A stretch of 64,000 nt of DNA from Octopus vulgaris (taxonomy: Eukaryota), in assembly GCA_951406725.2 (NCBI GenBank), contig OX597823.1:44888001-44952000 (forward strand). The letters run 5' to 3'. The notes below the pieces were generated by a model. It was not told the origin of the DNA. It saw nothing but the letters and a program-made list of their open reading frames with translations, and searched no databases. Below, piece after piece: positions 25,293 through 39,469 of the stretch. Every line of letters begins with the position of its first letter. Position 1 is the first letter of the stretch. A program made the translations under genes and the position numbers.

Positions 25293-25499
25293 GTTAAACC
25301 TATTCACAAATTAAATCTCTCACAGATGAAGAATGGTGTGTGGGATGGGCTTCCACGCAGTTTTCCCTCTCCCAAATTTCACTCAAAAAGTTTTACTCTA
25401 TGGTAGTTGAGGACCCTTTTCCAGTTTGCTTTTCAATGGAGTTTAGCCCACAACCAAAGACTTGCAAAAGGAATTTCTTAAATCAACTTGCCATACTGG

Positions 25500-26760
25500 T
25501 GTGAGCATCTGTATGAGCAGCTCCTGCAAGTGTGTATCTATGTACATGCATACTTTATTTACATGCATTATGTATGTGCTTGTGTATATATACAGGTGAT
25601 TTACACGTGGGTGTAGAACCTTGCATACATATCTGTGCTTGGTTACACTTGAATGAACATGTCTATGCATATTTGCACGAATGCTTCTATACAGCTATTT
25701 CTGTGTCTGTCTATGCACACTCATACAAGTACATCTGTTGACACTTGGCTGTATGTCTCCAAGTACATCATCTCTATGCACATTTGTCCATGTACATTTG
25801 TTTACATTTCTCTGCTTGCAAGTAAGTACTTGAGTTGGTATGTGTGACTGCAACAGTAAGCATATGTGTTGCCAGTGCAGTGAGCTGATATACCACTTCA
25901 GCATTCTGAGTAACTTGTTCAGAGTGTGTGAATATGTGCTTACATGTGCACATGTGAATTTTCTTTGGTCGATAATAGCTTCTTTAAAAACACATTATAA
26001 TCCTAAAATGCAATCATCATTACCAGATTTTCATCACTATCAACTGCAGCTTCAAGCTATTCTTATTACTATAATCATCATCATCATTCTCTCCACCATC
26101 ACCTCCAGCATAAAAAGTAGCACACAATTTGTCGGTTAGATAACTAACCATCAGCCCCTACAATGTTGCAATAGAAACTATTTGTGTAATATCTCAACTT
26201 CTGTAATATGTGTGTATGTTGTATTATATATGGTTAGGAACATGGAAGTATAACTGAAAGTGTGTGTGTGTGTATGTAACTTGCATGAATGTATCTGTGT
26301 ACATGTGTATATTGTAAGTATGAATGGAGTTGCATGCCTGCATATACACAACTGTGTGTACACGTGCATAAGTGCATACATGTGTGTCTGTAACTGAGCA
26401 CATGTATGTGTGTAGTGGTGGGCATGCATGTATTTGGGTATGGGTAGGTAGGTACAAGTTTCTAGTTGTGCAAGAGTGTGTAAATATATGCATGTGTATA
26501 GTTTATGTATGATGTGTAGTTATGTGCATGCATAATTGGGCATGTGTGTAGGTGTGTTTGTGCATATGTAAGAGTATGTCTGCTTGTATGAAACTTTGTA
26601 CATGTAGGAAACTGGGTGCATACATGTAGTTTTGTATGTGCATCTATGTATATATGTAGTTGCCTCTCAAACAATTACACATGTATACATGTGAATACAT
26701 TTGTGTCAGAGTATAGGTGGTTGCATGAATGTGTATATAATTGCATGAGTGTGTATGTTG
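25500..26760. repeat. Degenerate (TG/CA)(TA)-rich low-complexity region
   Basis: Alternating purine-pyrimidine sequence that generates many His/Thr/Cys/Val/Met-rich spurious ORFs. Confidence 0.7.
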
Positions 26761-27310
26761 CCTATCTGGGAGCCTTATTTCATATCAAGCCTTCTCTGAC
26801 ACAGTAGATGTCAAAGAAAATTTGATCCAGATCTGTTAAAAACTGGTTTTTGCAGACAAAATGACGGAATGTTAAAAACTTATGAAAATCATGCAAGTAT
26901 GGAACAGTGGACATTGAGAAAATAGATTGTATGCATGCATATATATCTTTTGATAAGTACAAGCGAATATTTACACACACAAACTCATACACAGTTTACG
27001 TATACCAGAAATGGATGTTAAATGATGATGATAGTGGTGGTGGTGATGATGATGATGATGATGATGATACTGGTCCCAGAGCAGTTTTTATGTAACATCC
27101 ATATATAAAGGTATGTATTCAAGAGATTCACACAAGCACAGTTTCACAACATGTTGAAACTTTGAAAAGGTCTGTATATTCAGGTAACATTTAAGGTTAT
27201 TTTGTAACTTTTTCATCATCCAAAACTCTTATAAAAATCGAAAACTGAACAGTTATTTTTCTGAAATACCCCCACTTTTAACCAGAAGACATTCAATTTA
27301 AAGTTATAAC

Positions 27311-27430
27311 CTGTTGTTGTTGTTCATTATCATCAATAAATCTTTGGTTACTTCTTTCCATCTCTGTATCAAGTCTTGAATATCGGGTATCCATTCTGTT
27401 AGTGCTTGGTCCGTTAGTAGTTAATAATGC
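27311..27430 (-). CDS. STX6: Syntaxin-6 exon 5 (linker), 120 bp
   Basis: Acceptor attctttcAG and donor CAG|GTTATA. Translates ALLTTNGPSTNRMDTRYSRLDTEMERSNQRFIDDNEQQQQ, which includes a YxxL (YSRL) sorting-type motif comparable to vertebrate YGRL. Confidence 0.87.
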
Positions 27431-29532
27431 CTGAAAGAATAGTTGGATTTAATTGTTAATATTTTCAGTATACAAATTTTCTATTTCTTTTTCTTAACCT
27501 TTTCTATTCAGGTTTTCTATATATGCAGGTTGTTTCATGTGGACAGATGTACAGTTTTTTCCAAGGGACCTCAACACACTAATTCTTCTAAACAAACATT
27601 GAGACATGTCTTAACTCCAACATACCAAACAGTTCTATAACAATGACTTCAAACTTTTCACTGTAAGAAAAACATAAGCACAAAAAATTTTCAGTGAAAC
27701 AAACTAATTTAACTAATTTAACTAAATATTTTCATTAAATTTCTTCTAGAAGAAATAACAACACATCAGAGATGGTGGCAGATTCTGAAAACAGTTAATC
27801 ATGGAAAGAACATTTTCTGCTACTTTGCCAAGAAGATCATGTGATTAACATTTAGAAGACTTCACAAAACGGTCACTTGCATAAAGTGTAAGCAAGCTTA
27901 ATGCTAGTTAATTTCACTGTAATCCATTTAAGAATTTACACAGCAGGTTTAAAATGCATTACTCGATGACAAAATTAAACGAGGAATTGAGATTCAAAGA
28001 ATCCATATAATGTTGAAGTAGAGTGCTCAGTGTAAAACACGGTGAGCTTTAGAGTGACAGATCAATTCCCATGACAACAAAAAGGAAACAATTATGTACT
28101 TGTTTTGAAGAAACAAAAGGAAAAAAAGCATCAGAAACACTAGAGTGATGGTGATGATTTGCAGATAGCAAACGGAGTATTTCAATTATCATAATTAGAT
28201 TCAATGAGCAGAGAACAAAAACTTTTTCAATAATTAGGGAATCATTTAATGGTATTAATTCTCTGACATTCTGATGCATCATGTTGGTTTTGAAACACTT
28301 CACCACCCATGTGCTATTGGCATATCAGCAAGTTGTGCTCCTGAAGTTGATTTAATCTTTTAGAACAGACCAAATTCTCTTTGAAAAAAAAAAAATGAAT
28401 TTTGTCTAAAATCAAGCAAATGTATATATTCCAGAAAAGTTAATTTTATTCTATAATTTTTGCTTGCATTAAGAAATGAAAGTGTGTGTGTCTGTGTGTG
28501 CACATGAGTGCGTGCTTTGCACTAGCAAAAGTTAAAGAATTTAGCATTTCAAGAATATGCTAAAGCAATGAAATTTTTAATATTTTAATTTTTGTTCTTT
28601 ATTTCAAATAGCCACAGCTGTGCACTTAAATTGTTTTGTGTTTAAGCTCTTTGTACAAAACCGTAAGCAAGTGTTTTCTACTGCAACCTCATATTGATGA
28701 GTGTCTTATGAGTGGGATTCAGCAGGATAAAAAGTGCTTAGAAGCCTTTTGTGTGTGCGTGTGTTCACACAAGTTTTGAGTATATATGTGTGAGAGCATA
28801 TATATCATTGAATTGCGTCCCTTCATGTAAAAAAGTAACTTAGCTATTAAATGAATAGAAATTAATAAAATAAGCACCATACTGAGATAAATATTAAGTT
28901 TAATATCATCAACTAGACCCTTGAATGTACTGTCTCAGCATGGTCACAGTTCAATGACTGAAAAACAGTAAAAAATACAAATTTAATCTTATTCTCTGAT
29001 TAACAAAACTTCACTTTTCTTTTTAGAATTTTCCATGTACTTTTTTTGAACTAGCTTTACTTCTGTTTTGTTCTCTAAGATTGTTTTAAATTTGATTATA
29101 TGCATAGGATCTGTTATATATTTTTCTAAAGACTCGTCTGATATCTCTTCCAAAACACAACAGTGAAAAACAAATTTATTGTCTCAATCAATTTTCAGAT
29201 GTTTTAAGCATTGTACGTTTTCTATTTAAACACAAATTTAACAGAATATTTTTTTAACTAGTGAAAATGTGATTGGTTACTGAAAATCTTTTCTTTACAA
29301 TCATTATAACATTAAATTAGGGCAGAAGATAAGCAGAATCATTAAGTTGTTGGAGGAAATGTCTTGTAGCATTTGTAGACTTCAAATTCAGCCAATGTCA
29401 AGTCTGCTTTCATTCTTTTGGGGTCATTTCAACTGACTTACTCCTCTTACAAAATTTTTGACCTTATGTCAATATCAGCAACTATTATAATACTAAATTA
29501 TAATAGAGAATCGGATCGCAGCTAATCAAGTC

Positions 29533-29760
29533 TTAACCCTTTTGTTACTAACCCGGCCAAAACCGGCTCTTGCTCTGTGGTAAAATGTCTTGTTTTCATA
29601 AGTTTTGAATTAAAATATTCCACCAATCCTTAGTCAAAATTTACGTTCCTAACACTAGCTGAATGATAACTAAGTTATTTTACTAAATTCTTTGTTATAT
29701 TTAAAGTAATTGAAAGAAACACAGAGCATCTCAAAATAAATACAGTAACAAAAGGGTTAA
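29533..29760. mobile_element. piggyBac-type MITE
   Basis: TTAA at both ends (29533-29536, 29757-29760) and a perfect 13-bp TIR CCCTTTTGTTACT / AGTAACAAAAGGG. Confidence 0.85.
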
Positions 29761-30064
29761 AGGCTCAATATTGGGTACTGTACAGTGTATGCAGTAGAGT
29801 TACTAAACTCCAAATAACTCAGTTACCCAAACCGAAGAAAAATAGATACTTACAAACAACATCACCACACAGAATCAGTAAACTATAAAATAAGTGTTGT
29901 TTTGATTGCTAACAGACACTGAGTTTAAAAACCTCCCATGAACAAATACTGTTATGCACTAAGCTATTCCTTATTTAAAGACATGACAACTGTGAGGTAA
30001 CTGATTGACAGATAAAAGGAAAACATTAAAAAACATAATTGTTTATATTTCAGGGTGGAATTTT

Positions 30065-30385
30065 ATTAATTTTTTTTTTCTTTTTCAGAATAAACACACA
30101 CTCTATATACTTGTTCTTCATTTCAGCTTTACTATTGCTCTCATTTTAGTGTCCTTTGCTTGAATTGTTTCCTGTTTCATCCATTCTGACTTTCTGGAAG
30201 CCAGAATGGATGAAACAGAACAGAATGAAACACATGGGATGGAAAGTTGCTGAAGAGGTCACAGGATGTGAGGAAAGATTTCAGACAAATGACATTAAGA
30301 TTAAAACAATAATAAAGCTAAAATGAAGAACGGATGTATAGTGCATGTGCTTATTGGAAGAAAAAAAGAAAAGAAAAAGAAAAGA
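30065..30385. repeat. Foldback: imperfect outer arms plus a perfect 17-bp inner stem
   Basis: ctgtttcatccattctg (30172-30188) pairs with cagaatggatgaaacag (30202-30218). About 30085-30165 pairs imperfectly with about 30280-30360. Confidence 0.75.
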
Positions 30386-31577
30386 AAATGAGCATCTCAA
30401 AACATAACAATATCTGTTTCAACACATGATTTCACATCAGGAATCTTGCAAAACAAAAGACAAACATTTAAAAACATTCATAAATGTGATTAAAAAAAAA
30501 AAAACAGGACATAAAGTAGAAATGACTCAGTGATTGAATCAAATTGGGTGTGAAAGAAAATAAAGCAGATGAAAACATTTAAAGATCCATAACTGATGAA
30601 AAGAAAACAAAAACAACCATCTATATTATTGATTAAAATCTATTTTTTCTGGTGACATATGTTTGCAGTATAGCACCTAACGCTCTTCCTGCTATCAACT
30701 CATCTTTCAAGTTTACAATGTTTGACCTTACATCATCTTCCTGTGTCATCTTGGTCATTTATCTTCTATGAAAGATATCTTGTGACTTTTTAAAATATAT
30801 TTAAAAATTTTTTTTAATGCTTTCAAAAAAATATGAGTTGAATAGTTCAGTGATTACTGAAAATGGCATGTATTTCAATCAAAAGGCCATTTTATAGTAC
30901 AATGGATTCTACTGTATAAGTAGAACATCTGATCTATTTTCCACTTTGCACTGAACAACCGTCACATGGTTCATAGATTCATATCTGCAGAAGACATTTC
31001 TTTGTGTCTTCGGGCATTCATTTATTTATCTCTTATTTCTATGCACTTCCTATCACTTATTTCTGGAGGATATATATAAGAGCAGCTTAGAAAAGATATT
31101 TCGACTAGATTAACATTATATCTTAGAAGAGATCTGATTTACATCAGCTTTACTGCAATAAACAAAAAGAATTAAACAACAAAAGTTTAGTTACTGATGG
31201 TTAATGGTAAGATTTAAAACAAAAATATGAGTAGAGTACATTAACAATGAAGGATTAGATAACAATTTGGTTATGGAATCTAGATGCAAGTGGAGAGGAG
31301 AGACAAAAACTGACAGACATGGAAGGGTAAACAAAGTAAAATTGGTTAGAATTGGATAGGATCAAGATTTTGAAAAACAGAGTAGAATATGTTGCAGTAA
31401 TTATGCTACATGCAATGGTGGGACAAGATTTGAGAGCTTATTCGGTGAACCTTGGCAAGTTTTGTTCCATCAATTCAAAAGACAAAAACTGACTTTGCAA
31501 GTCTCACAAAACTAGCCACTATATCTCCCTGCTTCCTACCAGTCCTTCTGGAAAAAATGGTCTATTGTAAGACTTAC

Positions 31578-31640
31578 TTGTCTAACTTTTGCTTGTTCTT
31601 TTGACTTTGTAGCTGGGCTGGCCATATGATCTTTAATTTC
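31578..31640 (-). CDS. STX6: Syntaxin-6 exon 4, 63 bp
   Basis: Acceptor tttcttgcAG and donor CAA|GTAAGT. Translates EIKDHMASPATKSKEQAKVRQ, phase 0-0. Confidence 0.88.
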
Positions 31641-32669
31641 CTGCAAGAAAAGAATTTTGTTTTTATTTTGATTAGGACAAATTACATTTAAAAAATTAAT
31701 TTATAAAATGTAACAAACTTTATTTTGTATGAAAATGAGCTAACAATAATAACTCAATGTCTAATTATATGTTTTGAATAACAATGATGAGTAATGGAAA
31801 ATTAAATACTGTAAAAGATAAATTGTTGATATATTGTAATTATCTCTGTTACCAGAGAAGACAGAACAATAGCTTAGTGGCAATTAGGAGAACTCCAAAT
31901 GAAAAGGGGAGATTATCTCAAGAATTAGGAATTCTTCAAAAGTGACATACCATCAAAGAATTGCCTCCAGACATTCAGATTCAATTCTTTATATGTAAAT
32001 ATACAGATACTGAACAAATTCCTCTATGTGGTCTGTTGACAGGCAAGAAATAACAGCCAATTATCTTCATGCAATCTTAATTGCATACAACAACGCAATG
32101 GCTAATGCAGTCCTAAAACGTTATAGACTATCTCTGAATAAAAGACAAGATGGCCATCGTTGGAATACCTTCAATTATAGTTATAGGTAGGCCCTTTGCT
32201 CAGTCAGGGTTGACTTGTAGTTAAACAATATCAAGAGAAATATCTGACACTAACCAAAACTAAACAATAACAAAATATAAAAAAATATGAAAAATGCCGC
32301 ATCTATTAGTTGTAAATTTGTATCACGATGTCAGGTTAGAACTACAAATTTGTAGCCCCAATTGCATGAAGCCTAGCAGATGGCTGATATGTATTTTATT
32401 GAAACTAGGAAAGGAGAAAGGCTAAGTTGATCAAAAACATGGAGACTAAGTTTATGAAATGAAAGCATTAAGTCCATCATTTTGTTATTTCTGTAACTTC
32501 ACAACCCTGGGGCCTAACTCAATGACAACCAACATCATACTTTAAAAATATACTGAACAAAAAATAATGAAAATGAAAACATCAATAATAAAGTGAATTT
32601 TGTTACTCTTTCTAGACTTTAATTTACATTTTTTGACTTTTATTCATTTTCATGTAATGTTCTCTTGAT

Positions 32670-32855
32670 ATTGGTTTCAAATTTTGGCACAAAGCCAGCA
32701 GTTTGTGGGGAGAGGCCAAATAGATTAAACTGACCCCAGTGTGCAACTGGTATTTATTCTATTGACCCTGAAAGGACGAAAGGCAAAGTTGACCTCTGCA
32801 TGATTTGAACTCAGAACACAAAGACAGATGAAATGCTGCAAAGCATTTTACCCAG
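32670..32855 (-). mobile_element. SINE family B-related copy
   Basis: Shared core ccctgaaaggacgaaaggcaaagttgacctc...gatttgaactcagaac. Confidence 0.7.
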
Positions 32856-34840
32856 ATCACTAATCATCTCTTTATATTACAAAGATGTTATATGCAACAA
32901 CCATTGAAGAAAGCCACCATCAGATCTAGAATGATGACTGGCAAAATTTATGCATAGCTAGGTTTGTACCCACAACCCAATAATCTGTATTATCTTAAAA
33001 CCCACATAGGCAAATAACTGGTTGAGATTAAATGAATTCTATGCTAATTATTCCTAGCAACAAACATATTCTATTTTTGACTGATTTGAGACAAAGTGGA
33101 TGATCTCCAAAAAGTGTATCCCTCTAAAAACCACTACTTGCATAAGTGGTTGTTTAGCCTTTGGTCAAACTGGAGAGAATTGACCAATGACCACAGATAT
33201 TCCAGCTGTGATCATCATAACTTTTTTATGTGTATATAGGACCACATCACCTAATGTGTCCTTTTTTTATTTAAGACAGTATGGTATGATCTGAAGGAAA
33301 TTTATCTGCTATTTCTAGTGAGAGCTGCATTCACATAGAGGTTTCCTCTTTGGGCTTGTGCATAACCAAATCTTTCTTTGCAGTCATCAGTCTGCAGGAG
33401 TTCAAGTTGAATATTAATTGTATAAACCATATCACACCAATCTGGGTAGGTTTCCCTATGCCATTGGAGATACATTATCTCTGACCAATAACACTAACAA
33501 CATTTCTGCCACTGCCACCACCATAGTAGTGCATTTACATTTCAACCAAACCAGAAGTTAAATGGAGCAAGGTGTAGCCCTCTAATCTACTTAGCAATGA
33601 AGTAACTCTAAATAAAAAGTGACACATCCAGTCCATGCCACAAAGCAAGTGGACATTAAGTGGTGATGATAATGAGCAAGATGAATGGCAACATTACATT
33701 TTCAATCTAAATTCCCACAGACATAACAACCACTATTTCCACTAATAACAACAGGTGTACATTGTTATGTAGTGCTTTCAGCATTACATAACAATCAATA
33801 TTTTAATTTGTGTTTCAAATCCCAATACAGACATTGTGTCTTAGAAAAAAATATTTAATTTTACTGAGTTTTACATAATTGTCGTCATTACCATCAAGGT
33901 AATTCACATCTGTTGCTATGCCAACAGACATCTCTATCCCACATCTACACTGCACCACATTCGTAACAGAAGGAACATCAAAGGCAAGAAAGAACATTAA
34001 AATTTATTGTCATGTGCATAAAACAACAAGACAGTTTTATAAAGTTAGCTACCATAAACAATAATTGAAATAACACAATAACAAATAAAATGACAAGTAA
34101 ATTAAAACAGTAACAGGGACCAGTTCTGTATTACATTCCCATTCTACAAAAACATACTGCCATTAGAGATGGAACAAAGACAATTGAGTAACATACTCTG
34201 TTCTACATCAACAGAACTGACAAGATACAAACTGACATAATAGACATAAATATAAACTCTAAACATCATTTTATTCTGTGTACATCAGCACCAATACTAT
34301 ATGTATTGTAAAGCACATTTTGCCATTGCTGAAGGGAGCCACGATGAACTGTTTGATATGCTAAGAAAAGCAGTTAACTTTCCTTTAACCTTCATCCTAA
34401 TGTCTTAAAAGAAAGGGCACACTGGATAATGTTGTTGTGTGGAGTACAGAACACCTGAGGAAAAGATGGCATGTTTATAGGTAGATTCAATATTTTTGTC
34501 CATAGGACAACTTGAGTATGGCTGAAGTGGGGAGTGACAAAATGTGCACTACATCCTTAGCACAATATCACTGGAAAATAATTCTTAGCTTTGCCTCAAA
34601 CTCACAAACAGAAATAGCTACATCAATAAAACATTTTCGTTTTACTACACAATGCTCATGACCATTTCTAGGGCCACTGAGACTAGTAAGAGGTAAGAAG
34701 GAAGTTCTCAAATTGGTAACCAGGTTTGAATATTTACAACAGAGGGAACTCGAATAAAGGCATCCCTAAGTGTCTTTTGTGGGGGGTGTTAAAGTGAAAA
34801 ACAAATTGAGTTTATTGGTGAAGAACTCAATGTGCAATCA

Positions 34841-35802
34841 TTATTATTATTATTATTATTAGTCATTTATTTGTTAATTGCTGGCAAGAGTGTTAAGGTA
34901 ATGACTAACTTAGTAAAAGCAAATACTGCAAAACATCTCATCTGATGCTCTAGAATTCCTGCCAAACCACTGGCCTGGATTTACATTTTTTTTCAATCCT
35001 GAAAGGATGAAAGAAAGGCAAAGGTGACCTTGGCAAGATTTCAATTTAGATTGCACAGAGCTAGAATTAGTGCAAAACATTTTGTCCTACAAATCTCCAA
35101 TTCACTGTCCTATACTGTCCTCCTCCTCCTCCCCCTATTCTTCTTCTTTCTTTCTTTCTTATTATTGAGTGAGAGAGCAGTGCATGCCATCAAAGTGACA
35201 CTGTGGTACAAATATACAAAGCCCAATATACCCATCATGATTGATAAGGGTACGCCAAGTACATACATCACAACTATATGTGCGTGATGTGGTGATTTCA
35301 TATCAAGATAAACAACACATAACCTTGCAGGTGGGGTCCAGTTAAAGTTTTCTTCAGGACGAGTAGCAAATCCTGCTCAAAAGGTCCCTGAATAAGGGTT
35401 GTTTAAGGATGTTGAATGAAACACCAATGTTTCCAGAGGTGAATTATTCAAACCCCACAAAATTCCTCTCAACACAAAGCTATGATGTTCCCCCACTACT
35501 CCTACTCATGATCAGAGATATACATATCGTCAGCCACCAAAGGACATGCTCAAACAACTGACATGCAAATCTGTGGTATTGAGCAAAATATTTGCTGTAG
35601 CCCATCTTTTATACCAAGACAAAACATGTACATGATAAGACTTCCGATCAGTTAAGATCAGAAGCCATGAGAGCCAGTACCTGCTATTGCATCAGGGCAT
35701 TTATTATTATCATTATTATTATTATTATTATTATTGGTCATTTATTAGTTAATTGCTGGCAAGAGTGTTAAGGTAATGACTAACTTAGTAAAAGCAAATA
35801 CT
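34841..35802. repeat. Direct repeat of (TTA)n plus 66 bp, 875 bp apart
   Basis: gtcatttatt(t/a)gttaattgctggcaagagtgttaaggtaatgactaacttagtaaaagcaaatact at 34862-34927 and 35737-35802. Confidence 0.9.
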
Positions 35803-36758
35803 TAAAATATTTTTACTTGAAAGAACTGGTTCTTTACTTTTCTCATTGATGGGTATATCTTTCACATATACACACATATATACAGGTGATCAGCAAAAGA
35901 TATATGCATACATACATATGCATATCTATAAGAATCTCTTTTTGCACAGTTTCTCTCTTCCAAATTCCATTCACAGAGCATCGATCAAGTCAAAGCTATG
36001 CTAGAAGATACTAGCTTAAGGTGACATGCAGTAGAATCAAACCTGATACCACATGCCAACAGAGTGAATTCTTAACCATACAGCCATGTTTTTTTATGGG
36101 ATAATTCCATATGCAAAACAAATCATACAAAATATATACATATAACATCAACTTATTAATCGCAGCCCCAGAAGAATTTTGAAAAAAAAGTGGCAGTTTA
36201 TTATCGAGTTTTTGGGGTGAATATGGTTTATTTATGTATGTCTACATGTATATGCATGTGTGTGTGTGTATGTGTTTGTGCACATGCGTGCACACACTGG
36301 GGCAAACATGATTATGAAACAAGAACTGTTATGCTTCAAGTGAGTCTACATTGCCACTTTATCTGTGATCTCAACCAAAACTTATAGTAAAGGATACATA
36401 TGGGCAAACATTTATGTGTGTCTATGTGTGTGTATTTACATGTATAGACATTTATAAATATATATATGTGCATATACAAACACACACACACACACATATA
36501 CAAAATATATGTGCATACACATGCACACACACACACACATGCATATATATATCAACATCATAATCATCTGCACAAGTGAGATCAATGAAAGGTCATTCAC
36601 CAGACTGTAGTGCAATGAAGTGTGGTTATAACAAACAGAGAGGAAGACTGAATAAATGTGACAAGGAAAAGCAAGAGAAAAAAGAGATAGTAAAAAAAGT
36701 AAGTTAGAAACCAAATGAAGTAGACAATAGAATAAGGAAAGGCAAATAAGATACTTAC

Positions 36759-36853
36759 CCTCACCACCTGCTTCGTCTTCTCTATGAAGCCTCTTCTCTC
36801 TCGCAATTCCTCATCAGTGATTTTGAATTTTTTTGGATTCTTCTCCACAATAC
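36759..36853 (-). CDS. STX6: Syntaxin-6 exon 3, 95 bp
   Basis: Translates (G)IVEKNPKKFKITDEELRERRGFIEKTKQVVR. Donor AGG|GTAAGT. The 5' boundary is set by frame, which requires the intron to end in ...ctccAA. Confidence 0.88.
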
Positions 36854-37229
36854 TTGGAGATAGGTTAAAGTAAATAACAAATTGAACAGTAGATGTGCAT
36901 CAGGAGGAAAAGAGATGCTATCAGACAAACAAGTGATATAAGTGGAGGAGAAATAATGGTTTTAATGAATAAACAGGCAAATGGACAGATGGACTGAAGA
37001 TAGACAAGTAGATGAACTGAAGATAGACAGGCAAACAGACAGATGTTCAGGCAGATTAACTAGCATACTGATGAAGCAAGCAATGGCCAGAAGGACAGAA
37101 AGAGAAAGATGGACAGACTGATAGTTAGGCAGATAACCTAACAGAGGGAACTAATGGACACTCTGAACTACCAACAAACATAAGTGGACAGCTGAAAAAG
37201 GAAGCTGTGTGTGTGTATGAATATGTATA

Positions 37230-38082
37230 TAAGAGAGGGTACCCAAAAGAAACTGGTATTTTGCAGTGTTATTTTATTCACTTAGTTTTACATGTTGACA
37301 TTTTTATTGACTTCAAAGTATTCTCTATTTGAAGCAATGCTTCGGCTCAGATGCATTTACCACTGTTTGAAGCAGTGCTAGAGATCTTGGAAAGTGATAC
37401 CTTTTAATGCCGCCATGGTTTTTTTCCTTCACCTTTTCCACATCTGCAAATTCCATAGCACCAGCTTTCATCACCATTGATGACCTTCGAAAATGCATTC
37501 AATCATGACTGCTTTTGATCTTCCATGAGCAAGCAAGGCGCAAATTTTGCTACAACTCTTTTCATTCACAATTCCTCACTCAACATTCATTAGCAGGAGC
37601 TCCAGGACACACCAATCATATCAACAAGTTTGTTTCAGTCCTCCAAGATCAGTTCATGAATTTTCATGATGTTTTCATTCATTCAGGAGATCGCCGGTGA
37701 CCCTGAACATGGTTGGTCTTCAAGCAACAAGTGACCATTCCTGAAGTGTGAAAACCACTCACAAATTTGTGCTTCGTTCATGGCAGTGTCCTTGTAATCT
37801 GAAATATGACAACTGTCTCGGCCTTCATTTTCTCTAGCAGAAAACAGAATTCCACAGAAGCATGCTGTTCCTTCATTTCAGCCATCACAAAAATTGATGA
37901 ATAGGAAAGAAGCACTGTAAAACAATGATGCACTATGTAGCAGTATGACCTCACCCGATGCCGCTGGTCGGCAGACTGCAGTCTGAGGGTTGCATTAAGT
38001 GGCTTCTAGCAGTAGAAGCCCAAACTACAATGGGCTTGTCCCACAGAGAATGATTCTAGTTATTTTTGGATACCTCCTCATA
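37230..38082. mobile_element. Internally deleted Tc1/mariner-like element with degenerate TIRs
   Basis: Left gagggtacccaaaagaaactgg and right ctagttatttttggatacctcctc form an imperfect inverted repeat, in TA-rich flanks. Confidence 0.55.
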
Positions 38083-39469
38083 TATATATATATACATATG
38101 TGTGTGTATGTGTATAAATTAATGTATGTATTTATACAGACATGCTGATATATATAATAAAAATCTTTTTTTATTTCATTTTCTTTGTTTATTCCCAAAA
38201 TTCTTGTAAAGCAACCAATTGAATTTGAGACGTATAATTGAAGAAAAGTTGGGTTTCATACAATATATTGCATACTTTTGAAGCAGACAATCATTTCAAT
38301 GTAGTCAGTTAGAAAATTATAGGCAAAGATAGAACAGATCGAATTATCTAGTGAAGGATTATGTATGTGAAGAAGCTATTGTGATCTAATATTATAGGAC
38401 CATTTCTAGTGTGATGCTGATTCTATGATATTTACAGATAAACCTTTGTTGAAAACAATTTTCCACAACTGCTGCCTATTACTAAATTTAGTAATAACAA
38501 GCAGCACACCCACGAGGATTATTCTTGGAAACAACTACCACAACAATAAACTGTCATTAAGGAATAACATTGCACAATCATTCACACAATGATACAAACA
38601 TACACCCACACTCGAGAGAGACTTTGAATATAGTCTCTCTGATGCAATTGTTTGCGATAACAGCATAGATTTCTTCAAACTGAAAGCACTATTCAATGGC
38701 AAACATCAACACTGCCATACAAACAAGAAAGGGAAGGACAAAAGAGATACAAAATATCAAGTAGCCAAAAATGATATTCCCAATGTTTATTTAGATAGTA
38801 ATTGTATCAAGGCACATTACAAACCTTATACAGATGGTTTAGCAAAAACCTTACAAACAGAACAAGTCAATATTATACAGTTCATAGCCTATAGTACTTC
38901 CAAAGTATTTTGAGAGGGAAAGAGAGATTATATATTTGTATGATTTTAATCAAAATTCACTGCACTACATGTGCTATTCTTAGTTGTAAATTTACAGCAT
39001 GAGTAAACATCTATTCACTACATTTCAATATTGACCACAACTTACACTATATTTAGATCTAAAAACTACCCTCTCTCTCTCTATACACACATACATACGC
39101 ATGTGTATACACATAAACACTATGTTTAGGTTTAAAAACACAGCCTATATGATACCTAGATAATACCAAATAACCCTAAATTCAAATAAAAATAAACAAT
39201 TTTGATAGAGTTCGTTCTAAAACCATGTTAAATGCTGTTTCATGGGCCTCAAACCATGGATAGGATCCTTGTCTAATGGTAATCTCCACCTTGGATAGCT
39301 TGGCTATCCTTCAATATTCAACAAAGAATCTTGTTACCAATAAGGACCCCAATAGTCTACTGTCTCACCAACAGTCGCTTCTTACAGTGTAATCCTGACT
39401 GACAATGGTAACTTTACTTTGTGTATCAAAAAGAGTCTTGTCCTTTTCCTTTGGGCGATTGCTTTAAAA

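Noticed and set aside
25443-26807. Cluster of His/Cys/Thr-rich ORFs suggesting metal-binding proteins
   Set aside because: They are translation artefacts of degenerate (CA/TG)n low-complexity DNA.
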